DNA of 64,000 nt from Blastocatellia bacterium (GTDB lineage: Bacteria; Acidobacteriota; Blastocatellia; UBA7656), in contig JBKHYJ010000015.1 in assembly GCA_046565505.1 (NCBI GenBank), positions 13,600-77,599 of the forward strand, given 5' to 3'. Below, piece after piece: positions 19,540 to 29,257 of the stretch; position 1 is the stretch's first letter; each line of letters starts with the position of its first letter. The notes below the pieces were generated by a model, which was given only the letters and a program-made list of their open reading frames with translations, was not told the DNA's origin and ran no database searches. Made by a program: the position numbers and the translations under genes.

Positions 19540-20054
19540 CGACACTCCCACCAGGCAGAAACCGGACTCGCCGGGTTGTTTATCGTTAAACTGATGTTCT
19601 TCAGTGGCTTGATTTATGGGATGTAAGCCGAGCTTCGTTAAGGTTGGAGGACGCGATGAAGCTTCGGAGACCCCACCCATGCACCTTGTTCGTTATTTCT
19701 ACATCACTTAACTTCCGAATTAATATTATCAAGGTTACCTTTTCGCGTCGAGATGTGACGCCCGTTTGCAAGGAAAATGCAAGAGAGCGATCCTTGGCAA
19801 TGTCAGGCCCAGTATTGAGCAAGCTTGCCGCAATAGTTCTCAAGGATGTTCGGCGTACTTAAATCAGGTATAAAGTGCGGGGTCAGATGCTTGGTCGCCG
19901 CGGTGCTGATCGTCGGGCTAATAGCAGGGGTGATGTGGTCGTAATTCCGGCGGTCGGAAGCCTCTGGGAAGACGCGCTAGGCGCTGGTCTACTTCTAACA
20001 TCTACCTGCGCGAGTGGGTGCACGTCGTCAGACCGCGCCTCGCCCCGGCTTCAA

Positions 20055-20750
20055 TTACAACTCGCTCAATTCTTTCAAGGCCCTCTTATTAACTATAGAT
20101 ATCCTCTTGCGGCCGATGTCGATGAGCCTTTGTGACCTCATGGAGTCGAGTATGATCGTCACAGTCTCTCTGTAAACCCCTAACCTCTCCGCTATGTCTT
20201 CGTGAGTCACCCCGAGGATTGTAGACCCTTCGCGCGCGAGGTCCAGAAGCAGCGCCGCTATTCTGGAATCTGACGACTGAAAGCATGACCTGTAGTGCTC
20301 AGCCTCAACATCGGCAAGCCTGCGGCCTATCTTCTCGACTATCGGGACGGGCGCGGCCTCTAGCCATTGCTTCACCATATTAACGTCCATCACCGCCACG
20401 GTGGCCCCGGACGTTCCCGTGATCGCCCTGGTCCCCAGCATTGTCTGGCCTAGCAGCGGCATCTCCCCGAACAGCATGCCGATGGTCAGCTCCTTCACCA
20501 TGAAGTCGTGGCGCGTGTGCCAGATTTCAACCAGCCCGTGTCTGAGCAGGAACAATTCATCAGTGCCGCGTATAATACGGTGCGCATTGAACGATTGAGT
20601 CGGTAGTTTTTCAAAGATCCGAGCCTCGGGCAGGTCATCGACGCGGAGGTATCCGACCTTTTGCGCGAGGGCGGCGGAGGCGAGGGCTTTCATTCTTTGT
20701 GTTAGCTCGTGCTTTTTTACTCTGCTCTGTGCCGACGATCTTTTGCTCAT
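20055..20750 (-). CDS. Crp/Fnr-family transcriptional regulator
   Basis: An N-terminal cNMP-binding-like beta-roll and a C-terminal HTH (HEDIAERLGVYRETVTIILDSMR). The gene is lower in GC than its flanks. Confidence 0.75.
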   Translation of the reverse strand: MSKRSSAQSRVKKHELTQRMKALASAALAQKVGYLRVDDLPEARIFEKLPTQSFNAHRIIRGTDELFLLRHGLVEIWHTRHDFMVKELTIGMLFGEMPLLGQTMLGTRAITGTSGATVAVMDVNMVKQWLEAAPVPIVEKIGRRLADVEAEHYRSCFQSSDSRIAALLLDLAREGSTILGVTHEDIAERLGVYRETVTIILDSMRSQRLIDIGRKRISIVNKRALKELSEL

Positions 20751-21099
20751 GGCTGTCTCAGCCCACCTCCGTTTTAGGTGACATCACGCCGGCCGCTTGC
20801 GCGGGCGCTTGAGGGAGGACACCTGTCTCAAACGCCCCTTCTGCCGGGTCCGCCCGGAGCCAAAAAAGAGAGGGGTCGCGCGCAGTTAGGTTTCCCTGGG
20901 TACTTCAACTTTGCTGCGCGCGCCCCTCCCCAGCCGCGAAAGGAGGAATCTACGTCTCAAGGTCTTGAATTTTCGAGGCCGCGGCCTCGTAAGCTCAGGC
21001 TGATGAAAAAATATAGGAGATGTGGAATAGGTAGTGTTACACGATTCCACTCTGCGCCTGCGCCGCCCCGCAACGGCGTGTCCAGGGTTAAGGATAAAA

Positions 21100-21540
21100 C
21101 GGTATAAGTGAGTTACTCACTTCTCGCCAGTAACCTTACCCTGATGCATTCCGCCATTCATTCCGCGCCCCGGCGTCTGACGGTCTGCCGAGCGGTCCTC
21201 ACGGTCCGCCCGGTCCTGGCGGCCATTTCAAACGTTCACGTTCTCGCTCAGTCATGGCTTTTGATGACGAGGGGGCGTAGCGCTTCGTGGCCCCTATCCG
21301 CTCCGCCACTTCGGCAGTACGCTCCCCCTCTCCAGCCGCAGCCCCACCCTCTGCGGCCCGATAACATTTCAAACGAACACACGGCCTGTCAGCACAAGTT
21401 AAGCCGCTCCAGGGCCCCGAGCCGGGGCCGCGCAACTGATAGGCTGTGAGGCGTTGCCGCCTCTGCCCCTCCCGCCTCGGGACCGGGACGCAAGAATGCC
21501 CCGAGGCTTCGGCACCCATCCGCCCAATGGTCATTGAGCC
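21100..21540 (+). other. GC-rich structured non-coding island (candidate ncRNA) inside a 1.2-kb ORF-free, otherwise AT-rich spacer
   Basis: No protein-like ORF. It contains two C(UUCG)G tetraloop-type hairpins on the + strand (ggcTTCGgc, ccaCTTCGGcag) and several other short GC stems. It is flanked by AT-rich DNA. Confidence 0.15.
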
Positions 21541-21964
21541 GCCTTAAAGGGCGAATAAATTAATGGAGTCATGCTTCATGAAAAATCACTTCATGATTGA
21601 GCCGTAACAATCCATGTGATACAAAACCTACTTGAGCGGAAATAGAAGTGAGCGGGACATGATGCTCGCCGCCACACGCCCTCGGTAGATTCGGCGAGCA
21701 CTCGTCCGGCAGGCCATTAGTCGCTCCGGCGATACCTGCCGGCGGTAATGAGGCAGGCATCAGTCTATCGCCCATGTTGTTTTCGGACAGTTGAGGCTCA
21801 CCGTATGCGCGGGCGCGTCGGCGCCGCACGTTAAACGCATATCTTTTGCAGAGATCGAACATACCTGAAAGCAATTTGTCTACTGGATTAATTATTACTC
21901 AAATACCCCGAGCGCAGGCATATTACTGTACAATGATTTTCGTGTCAATGAAAATCTGCAACGT

Positions 21965-21972
21965 TGTATAAT
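21965..21972 (+). promoter_or_regulatory. extended -10 box (TGTATAAT) for the XRE regulator/cobQ transcription unit
   Basis: TGnTATAAT lies 24 nt upstream of the ATG at 21996, in an AT-rich leader. Confidence 0.3.
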
Positions 21973-21995
21973 AACAATGAAAGGCGCGGTCATTT

Positions 21996-22463
21996 ATGGG
22001 CAAGTACGTCAAAGAGAACCTCAGCCAGTTGGTGAGGAGGGTTATCAGGGAGAAGAAGCTTTCGCTCCGCCAAGTTCAAGAACTGTCTGGAGGGCAGATC
22101 GAAAAGAGCTACATCAGCAGGATTATGACGGGCAACGTCAAAAACATCACGCTCGAAAAGCTCGTCGCTCTGGCGCGCGGCCTCGACATGGACCCGCATA
22201 TACTCTTCAGCGCCTACTACTTCGACCCGCGCCCCGCGGCCGGCGAGCCGCTAGACGTGATCGAGTTGAGCCTTACCGAGTTCACCGCTTTGATGCAGAA
22301 GGTCGCGGTAAACCCGAAGTTCGTCGAGATTGTGGAAGAGGTGGTCCAGCTACACCCGGGAGAACAGACGACTGCCATGCTCAACTATGCGATGTACCTA
22401 AACGGGCGCAAGCGAGCCGCACGCCGCGGAAAGGAGAGCCTGCCGCGCCAGGCTACGGAGTGA
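21996..22463 (+). CDS. XRE-family (Cro/CI-type HTH) transcriptional regulator with about 80-aa C-terminal extension
   Basis: The HTH reads LSLRQVQELSGGQIEKSYISRIMTG. It is preceded by a GAAAGG RBS and an extended -10 box (TGTATAAT). Confidence 0.7.
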   Translation: MGKYVKENLSQLVRRVIREKKLSLRQVQELSGGQIEKSYISRIMTGNVKNITLEKLVALARGLDMDPHILFSAYYFDPRPAAGEPLDVIELSLTEFTALMQKVAVNPKFVEIVEEVVQLHPGEQTTAMLNYAMYLNGRKRAARRGKESLPRQATE

Positions 22464-22526
22464 TTCTATGAATTGCAAAAACATCGCTCCCGCCCGCCCC
22501 AACTCAATAGCGTTTAGACTCGGCAG

Positions 22527-23993
22527 GTGCGTATGCGGCCGATCATGATCCAGGCGACAAGCTCGGACGCCGGGAAGACGACGATAGTTGCCGGCCTTTG
22601 TCGTCTCTTCGCAAACAGGGGCTACAAGGTTGCCCCATTCAAGTCGCAGAACATGGCGCTGAACTCTTACGTCACCGAAAATGGCGAAGAGATCGCTCGG
22701 GCGACGGCGGTCCAGGCGTTCGGCGCAAGACAGCAGCCCATCGTTCACATGAACCCATTGCTTCTGAAGCCCAAGGCGGACGATGTTTCACAGTTGATCG
22801 TCCACGGGAAGGCGCTTATGGACGTCACCGCGAAGGAATACTTTCTGTCCGGCGCTCTGCAAGGCCTGAAGCTCGGGGCCATACGCGAATCCATAAGCTA
22901 TCTCAGACAGCACTATGACCTCATCATCGCCGAAGGCGCGGGCAGCTGCGCCGAGCCTAACCTCAGGGAGTTGGATGTTGTCAACATGGGCCTCGCCCAT
23001 GAACTGCGGGCGAGGGTCTTCGTCGTGACGGACATTGACAAGGGCGGCGCCTTCGCCGACATCCTGGGGTCGCTGAAGGTCATGGAGATCGTAAAGCCTG
23101 ATGACATCGGACTGATCGCGGGGTTTATCGTTAACAAATTCCGCGGGGACCTCGACGTGCTGCGGCCCGGCTTGGACTTCATCGAAAGGCACACGAGATT
23201 CCCTGTGCTGGGCGTACTGCCCTTCATAAACGACCTCAGATTAGAGGAGGAGGACCGTGTTAAGAAATACCTGTGCGAACACCCCGAAGTGGACATCGCG
23301 GTCATCTACCTCCCGCACATATCCAACGCCAATGACTTCGATTTTCTGGCCTGCGAGCAAAACGTCCGCGTCCGGTTCGTGAAGTCCGCCGATTCACTAG
23401 GAGTCCCCGACGCGATAATCATTCCAGGGACCAAGAATACGGTATGGGACTTGGATTATATGAGAAGGGTAGGGCTTGAGCGGGCCATTAAAGAATCAGC
23501 TAGCTCGACGCCGGTCGTAGGTATTTGCGGCGGGTATCAGATGCTCGGACACACGCTCCGCGATGACGGTCACCTCGAATCCGGGCTCGGCACGATTGAG
23601 GGGATAGGGCTTCTGGACATCACGGTAGAGTTCCTCCCGAACAAGATTGTCACTAACAGAAAATACAGACTCGCCGATGCCAATATTTTTGGCGCCGTGG
23701 GGACGCTTTCAGGCTACGAAATCCATAGCGGTTCGGTGCGGTATGGGAACTGCGAGCCGATGTTCGTCTATGAGGGCGGGTGCGACGGCGCGATCCATCC
23801 CGAGAGGCTTATCTTCGGGACTTTCATTCATGACGTATTCAGCAACCGTGCGTTCACCCGGGCATTCGTGAATCACCTGCGGCAGAAAAAAGGGCTGCCC
23901 GCGCTCACGGTCGAGATGCCCGGGCCTAGAGACTGCGCGGAGGACAGTTACGAGAGGCTGGCCTCGGTGCTCGAACAGTGCGCCTCATTCTGA
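22527..23993 (+). CDS. cobQ: cobyric acid synthase CobQ/CbiP-like amidotransferase (orphan; no other cob genes in window)
   Basis: An N-terminal CobQ/CobB/MinD/ParA P-loop domain (MIQATSSDAGKTTIVAGLCRLF...APFKSQNM) plus a C-terminal GATase domain (ICGGYQMLG ... H...). Confidence 0.8.
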   Translation: MRMRPIMIQATSSDAGKTTIVAGLCRLFANRGYKVAPFKSQNMALNSYVTENGEEIARATAVQAFGARQQPIVHMNPLLLKPKADDVSQLIVHGKALMDVTAKEYFLSGALQGLKLGAIRESISYLRQHYDLIIAEGAGSCAEPNLRELDVVNMGLAHELRARVFVVTDIDKGGAFADILGSLKVMEIVKPDDIGLIAGFIVNKFRGDLDVLRPGLDFIERHTRFPVLGVLPFINDLRLEEEDRVKKYLCEHPEVDIAVIYLPHISNANDFDFLACEQNVRVRFVKSADSLGVPDAIIIPGTKNTVWDLDYMRRVGLERAIKESASSTPVVGICGGYQMLGHTLRDDGHLESGLGTIEGIGLLDITVEFLPNKIVTNRKYRLADANIFGAVGTLSGYEIHSGSVRYGNCEPMFVYEGGCDGAIHPERLIFGTFIHDVFSNRAFTRAFVNHLRQKKGLPALTVEMPGPRDCAEDSYERLASVLEQCASF

Positions 23994-24322
23994 GCCGCGA
24001 ATGCGGAAGCGGATAAAAGCAGTAAGCGTAGGGGCGAGTGGCGGCCGGGATCAGGCAGACTGAAGCAGTGGCAAGCCGGGCGCCCCCGCTGAGAAGTTTT
24101 GTGGTAATTCAGAGAGCCCAACGACGCATGTACTGAAGGGCCGCGTCGTTGGGCGGGCGGCAGCAGCTTGAGGTTACTTAGTTCGATTTCGCGCACCCCG
24201 GACTTGCCGGGGGTTCCTGACCCAGAGGAATTCGTGTATAATTCCGGTCGCAGGGTATAAGCACTTCGCACCGCACCAAAGATCGAGTAGTTCGAGGCAT
24301 TCTTAACTAACAAGGAGGGGCC

Positions 24323-24535
24323 ATGAAAAATCTACTCTTGCTGGTCGGACTGATTGCCCTGGGCGTCGGAGCCTATTTCCTTTATAACTACCTGTACCAG
24401 CCGATTTCGGGCGAAAAGACGTACCTGGTTTTGGGAGGCGTATTCTCGGCGGCGGGGCTTATCTGCTTTGCCGTTTTCTTCTTCATGAAATTTAGAGAGG
24501 AAGGGGATCAGGACATAAGCATTACCAAGTTCTGA
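24323..24535 (+). CDS. small 2-TM membrane protein, hypothetical
   Basis: A strong AAGGAGGGG RBS 6 nt upstream, with two hydrophobic helices. Confidence 0.4.
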   Translation: MKNLLLLVGLIALGVGAYFLYNYLYQPISGEKTYLVLGGVFSAAGLICFAVFFFMKFREEGDQDISITKF

Positions 24536-24881
24536 CCTCTCACATTCTGGATTGGACACGGCGGGCCGTGAGCTATGCGAGCGCGGCATCGCGGCCGGGA
24601 CCGGCGCCATTTACGTAGCCCGGTCGATGGGCATCAGACTGTTTCACCCGTCTCCACGCCTTCACCTGCGCCCCTTTCCCACACACGACATCGCGCCGAC
24701 GCGACCCTGGCGGCGCCGCGGCGCTACGGGTCAGACAATTTTTTAAAGCCGCGCTCACCGAGTGGTAGAACTTCCAAACTTACTGTTAGAATATCTTCGG
24801 GCGGACGGGATGATTCTAACCGCTCTCCTCTGAGTGGACTGTTGTGGGCTGCCATCGAACTTCATACTGGGATAGGTCTAG

Positions 24882-26900
24882 ATGAAGATTTGCACAAGCT
24901 GCGGCTCACCTGTACCGGCTGCTGACGAACGGTGCCCTCAGTGCGGGGCGCGGTCAGACGGTTTCACCGGCAGGCTCACAGGCACAACCCTCGTAGACAA
25001 ATACCTGATAGAAGAACCGCTCGGGGCGGGCGGAATGTGCGAAGTCTATCGCGCGCGGCACATCGCGATGGATAAAGAGGTCGCCATAAAAATACTCAAG
25101 CCCGAGCTCGCCGCGGACCCCAGGATCGCACAGCGGTTCGAGCAGGAGGCCCGCGCCGCCAGCCGCGTCCGCCACCCCCACGCGATAAACGTGACCGACT
25201 ATGGGATAGGGCAGGGCAACACTCCCTTCCTCGTCATGGAGCTTGTCGAAGGGCTGACCGTGCGCGAGATGCTCAGCCGCGATGGCCCTTTCACCATCGA
25301 GCGGGCCGCGAACATTCTGCACCAGGCCTGCGGCGCGCTGGAAGTGGCGCACTCTGTCGGCGTAATCCACCGCGACATCAAGCCGGACAACATAATCATC
25401 TCCGAATACGACGGCAGGGATTGGGTCGAGGTGGTCGATTTCGGGGTCGCAAAGATTCAGGAAGACGTGAACCGCCGCGCCGCGCTCACGGGGGCGAACT
25501 TCATAATAGGCACGCCGCGCTACATGTCGCCGGAGCAGTGCGAGGAGAAGCCCGTAGACGCCCGCAGCGACATCTACTCGCTGGGCGTCGTGGTCTACGA
25601 GATGCTCGCGGGCGAAGCCCCTTTCGAGGGCGGGTCTTCGACGCGGCTGCTGATGGCACATGTCGCAGAGCCCCCGCCGCCGCTCAGGGAGAAGCGGCCC
25701 GACATCTCGCCTGATGTAGAAGCGTTGGTGATGCGCGCGCTCGATAAGAACCCCGACCGCCGCCCGCAGAGCGCGGCCGAGTTCGCGCGGGAGTTCGAGC
25801 GGGCCGCCGGCGTCTCGCAGCCGGGCGCGGATACCGACCGCGGGGGCGCATTCTCTCGCATCAGCGTGCCATTGGATAATCAAGACGTTGTGCCCATCGG
25901 CGCGTCCCAGCCGCTTGAGGGGGCGGACGTAGAAGACGAAGAGACTCTCGTGAGGCGCAGGATGTCTTCAAGCCCGGAGGCTCTCGCGCCGAGCGACACG
26001 CTTCGAGACCTGGCGGATTTGAACCCGTACAACACGGTCGCCGAGGTGCAAGGCTCGGCCCCCTACAGGGCTGATCTCGGCCGACCCCGCTCTGCCTCGG
26101 ACCGCGACGAAGCGGACCTGCTGCCGGGCGAGCCCGACCCCCACGACCCGCAGATCAGGCCCGCCGCCGCGAGCGGAGAAAATCGCGACCGGACCTCTAA
26201 GAGGGAGGGCGGGTATAGAAATTACGCTCTTATAATCGCGTTCCTGGCGCTGATGCTAGCCCTGGGCTTCATCGGCTACGCAATTTTCGGGCGCCGCCCG
26301 GCCCCCGCGAATCCTACGGGCGAAAATTCAACTCAAGACGCGCGCACGGCCGAATCGCCTGCCGCCAAGCCTGAGTCGCCCGCCGCCTCGCCCGCCCCGC
26401 CGAGCACGAACGCTCCCGCGAACAAGCAGGCCGCCAGCGAGCCCCCCACCCCGACCGTCATCAACAAGCCTAACCCGAGCCCCGCGCCCGACGAGCCTAC
26501 GGAAGAGACTACTAGAGTTGATACCGGCAAGATAGAAAAGCAGGTGACCGCCACGGTGTTCAGGGCCTGGGGGGCGCTCGAGAATGGGAGCTTAAGTAAT
26601 CATATGAGTTACTATGCGCCCCGCCTTCGCACCTTCTATCTGAAGAACGACGTGGACCGGGCCTCGGCCCGGGCGGAGATCGCGGGCGCGATGAAGGCTT
26701 ACGACTCGCTCAAGTTCCGGTTCAGCAACATGGAGGTGCGGGTCGATCCTTCGGGCAGGAGCGCCATAGCCACCTACGATAAGTCATGGGACTTCGACGG
26801 CGACCAGCCGTGGTCGGGCACGGTCCGGGAAAGACTATGGCTCGTCAACAGCGGGGGCCGCTGGCTCATTAATGGCGTGAGAGATTTGAAGGTGTACTGA
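24882..26900 (+). CDS. Ser/Thr protein kinase: N-terminal zinc ribbon, Hanks kinase, TM, extracytoplasmic NTF2/SnoaL-like domain
   Basis: CTSCGSPVPAADERCPQCG zinc ribbon. Kinase motifs HRDIKPDN, DFGVAK and GTPRYMSPE. TM helix YALIIAFLALMLALGFIGYAIF. A Pro/Ala-rich linker precedes a C-terminal domain of about 120 aa. Confidence 0.85.
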   Translation: MKICTSCGSPVPAADERCPQCGARSDGFTGRLTGTTLVDKYLIEEPLGAGGMCEVYRARHIAMDKEVAIKILKPELAADPRIAQRFEQEARAASRVRHPHAINVTDYGIGQGNTPFLVMELVEGLTVREMLSRDGPFTIERAANILHQACGALEVAHSVGVIHRDIKPDNIIISEYDGRDWVEVVDFGVAKIQEDVNRRAALTGANFIIGTPRYMSPEQCEEKPVDARSDIYSLGVVVYEMLAGEAPFEGGSSTRLLMAHVAEPPPPLREKRPDISPDVEALVMRALDKNPDRRPQSAAEFAREFERAAGVSQPGADTDRGGAFSRISVPLDNQDVVPIGASQPLEGADVEDEETLVRRRMSSSPEALAPSDTLRDLADLNPYNTVAEVQGSAPYRADLGRPRSASDRDEADLLPGEPDPHDPQIRPAAASGENRDRTSKREGGYRNYALIIAFLALMLALGFIGYAIFGRRPAPANPTGENSTQDARTAESPAAKPESPAASPAPPSTNAPANKQAASEPPTPTVINKPNPSPAPDEPTEETTRVDTGKIEKQVTATVFRAWGALENGSLSNHMSYYAPRLRTFYLKNDVDRASARAEIAGAMKAYDSLKFRFSNMEVRVDPSGRSAIATYDKSWDFDGDQPWSGTVRERLWLVNSGGRWLINGVRDLKVY

Positions 26901-26990
26901 GATTAACGGCGGGCGGGGCTCACCGGGGCGCATTGGCCGCGGCCATTCGACCGGCCTCTCGTAAAGCCCAAACTCGCGCCGCGGGCGGCG

Positions 26991-28187
26991 CTATCCCTTT
27001 TTCAGCTTCTTCGCGACTTCCGCTATCCTCTTCACGCCCTCGCGAATCATCTCCATAGAGTTCGCGTAGGAAATCCTGACGTAGCCCTCCATGCCGAAGG
27101 CGGAGCCCGCCGTGACGACCACCCTCGCCTCGTCGAGCAAGAGCTTTGCAAACTCTGCCGACGTGCTCGCGCGCTCAGTAAATAAATTCTTCACGCACGG
27201 CATGACGTAGAAGGCGCCCTCGGGCATGGCGCACTCTACGCCCTCGATCTCATTTAAAGCGGGGACGAGCCAATCGCGCCTGCGCTTGTATTCCTCGATC
27301 ATGGAGTGCAGGGATTCCTGCTGCCCCGTGGCGGCCTCAATCGCCGCCATCTGCGTAATCGAATTCGCGTTCGACGTGGAGTGGCTCTGCACCTTGAGCA
27401 TCGCCTGTATCCACTCGCGCGGCCCCAGGCCGAAGCCGAGCCGCCACCCGGTCATCGCGTGCGACTTGGAGAACGACCCGCAAATCATCACGCGCGAGCG
27501 CAGCTCCGGCGGTAGCTGGCCCGCGCTGAATGGGGCTGCCGGCGGGTAGGCGAAGTACAGGTAGCACTCGTCGCTTATCACCCAGATGTCGCGCTCGGCC
27601 GCCGCCTCTACGACCTGGCGGAACTCGTCGGGCGGGATGATTCGCCCCGTGGGATTATTGGGCGAGTTGATGATGAGCAGTCGCGCGCGCGGCCCGGCGT
27701 GCTCGCGCACCATGTCGGCCGTCAGCAAAAACTTGTTCGGCTCCGTGTCTATGAAGACAGGTTTGGCTCGCAGGAACTTCGCGATTTCGGGGAAGGTGAC
27801 CCAGTAAGGCGAGGGTATTAGCGCCTCGTCGCCCGGGTTGAGCAGCGTGGCCATCGCGTTGAAGATGGCCTGCTTCCCGCCCATCGTCACCACCACCTGC
27901 GACGGGTCGTAGTCCGCGCCGAAATCGCGACTCATCATCTCGACGACGGCGGCGCGCAAGGGGGTGATGCCGCCGGCCGAGGTGTACCGCGTGAAGTTCT
28001 TTTCAATCGCCCGCTCGGCGGCGTCTTTAACGTTGCGCGGGGTGTGAAAGTCCGGCTCGCCCGCCCCCAGGTCTACGATGTCTACGCCTTCGGCGCGCAG
28101 CCGCTCGGCCTCCATCAGGACCGCGAGCGTCGAAGATACTTCCATCCCGGACACATGGCTTGATTCGCAAAAGACTGCTTGGCTCAT
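26991..28187 (-). CDS. aspartate/aromatic aminotransferase (class I PLP-dependent)
   Basis: Motifs LGAGEPDF and NSPNNPTG, plus the PLP-Lys region SFSKSHAMTGWRLG. Confidence 0.85.
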   Translation of the reverse strand: MSQAVFCESSHVSGMEVSSTLAVLMEAERLRAEGVDIVDLGAGEPDFHTPRNVKDAAERAIEKNFTRYTSAGGITPLRAAVVEMMSRDFGADYDPSQVVVTMGGKQAIFNAMATLLNPGDEALIPSPYWVTFPEIAKFLRAKPVFIDTEPNKFLLTADMVREHAGPRARLLIINSPNNPTGRIIPPDEFRQVVEAAAERDIWVISDECYLYFAYPPAAPFSAGQLPPELRSRVMICGSFSKSHAMTGWRLGFGLGPREWIQAMLKVQSHSTSNANSITQMAAIEAATGQQESLHSMIEEYKRRRDWLVPALNEIEGVECAMPEGAFYVMPCVKNLFTERASTSAEFAKLLLDEARVVVTAGSAFGMEGYVRISYANSMEMIREGVKRIAEVAKKLKKG

Positions 28188-28317
28188 CTATTCTCCAGGG
28201 ACTCGGGATCTAGTTAAGTGCGACCTCGTTGACGCGGCAAATATGGCTGATGACTCAATTCTTAACCCCCAACCCGCGCCGCGCGCAAGCCCGCCGGGCC
28301 ATCCGCGCCGGGATCCT

Positions 28318-28794
28318 TCACCTCGGCTTCTTCTGCATTCGACTTTCGACCGACTCGGGCACGAGCCCCCTGATGGAGCCGCCCAGCTTGAACACCTCTT
28401 TAATCAGCCGCGAGCTGAGGTAGGAATAGGCTTCGGCGGCCATCAAGAAGACCGTCTCGACCTCCGGCTCCAGCCTGCGGTTCATCAGCGCCATCTGAAG
28501 CTCGTACTCGTAATCTGATATGGCACGAATGCCGCGCACGATCACCTGCGCGTCTTGCTGTTTGGCGTAGTCAACGAGCAGGCCCTGAAACGTCCCCACC
28601 CACACATTCGCCCACGGTATCACCTCCCGTATCATCTCTACGCGCTCTTCGGTAGAGAACATCGGCTGCTTGTCGATATTCAAAAGCACCGCGACGACTA
28701 TTTCGTCGAAGAGCTTCGACGAACGCTCTATGATGTCGAGGTGGCCCATTGTGACGGGGTCGAACGTTCCGGGGTAGATGGCGCGGCGCGTCAA
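28318..28794 (-). CDS. coaD: phosphopantetheine adenylyltransferase
   Basis: [18 protein letters not shown] is the canonical CoaD N-terminus. The start codon read from the sequence is TTG. Confidence 0.85.
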   Translation of the reverse strand: MTRRAIYPGTFDPVTMGHLDIIERSSKLFDEIVVAVLLNIDKQPMFSTEERVEMIREVIPWANVWVGTFQGLLVDYAKQQDAQVIVRGIRAISDYEYELQMALMNRRLEPEVETVFLMAAEAYSYLSSRLIKEVFKLGGSIRGLVPESVESRMQKKPR

Positions 28795-29257
28795 TCGGTT
28801 TATCTCCTGAAGACTTCTCCAAGCTGGGGATCGATCAAGTTAAGCGATACTAACATAGATCGCCGGCGAGAGGCCATAGGCGGGGCGAGGCCGCGGCCTC
28901 CTTTCGCGCGTTGTTGCTGAAGCCTCTGCGGGCCTGGTATATCAGTGATTCCCCCCGCCCTCCGGCCCGCGCGCAACGGCGATTTGAGAAGGCGGCTCGC
29001 ATTAAAATGACATGTCGCCGCCGGCGAGATCGGTCATTTAGAAGATAAGACCGGCGATGCGCCGGGGAGTTTGGGGGCCGGATTCTTCGTTTCATGCGAA
29101 TTCTCGCGGCCGGCGGCGCGGCATTATCTTTGCACTTATCAATCGACGAAAAGCCCCCTGCTAAAGGTGTATGCAAGAATCATTGGCAGCCACGAGCAAG
29201 AGCATTAGCACGAGGGATGGGACGCTCATTAACAAGCTACGCAGGCGAGAAAAATTG

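Noticed and set aside
20778-21449. ORFs of 109 and 113 aa in the long spacer
   Set aside because: There is no RBS, the translations are not protein-like, and the two ORFs overlap the putative structured RNA region.
21100-21540. Possibility that the GC-rich island is RNase P RNA, tmRNA or SRP RNA
   Set aside because: It has none of the universal motifs (GGAAAGUCCGG / ACAGAAnCCGGCUUA for RNase P; a tRNA-like 3' end or ALAA tag ORF for tmRNA; AGGUCCGGAAGGAAGCAGC for SRP). It is kept only as an unclassified candidate.
24740-24870. tRNA-like string (GAGTGGTAGAAC ...) upstream of the kinase gene
   Set aside because: It lacks a T-loop (GTTCRANYC) and lacks acceptor-stem complementarity, so it is not a tRNA.
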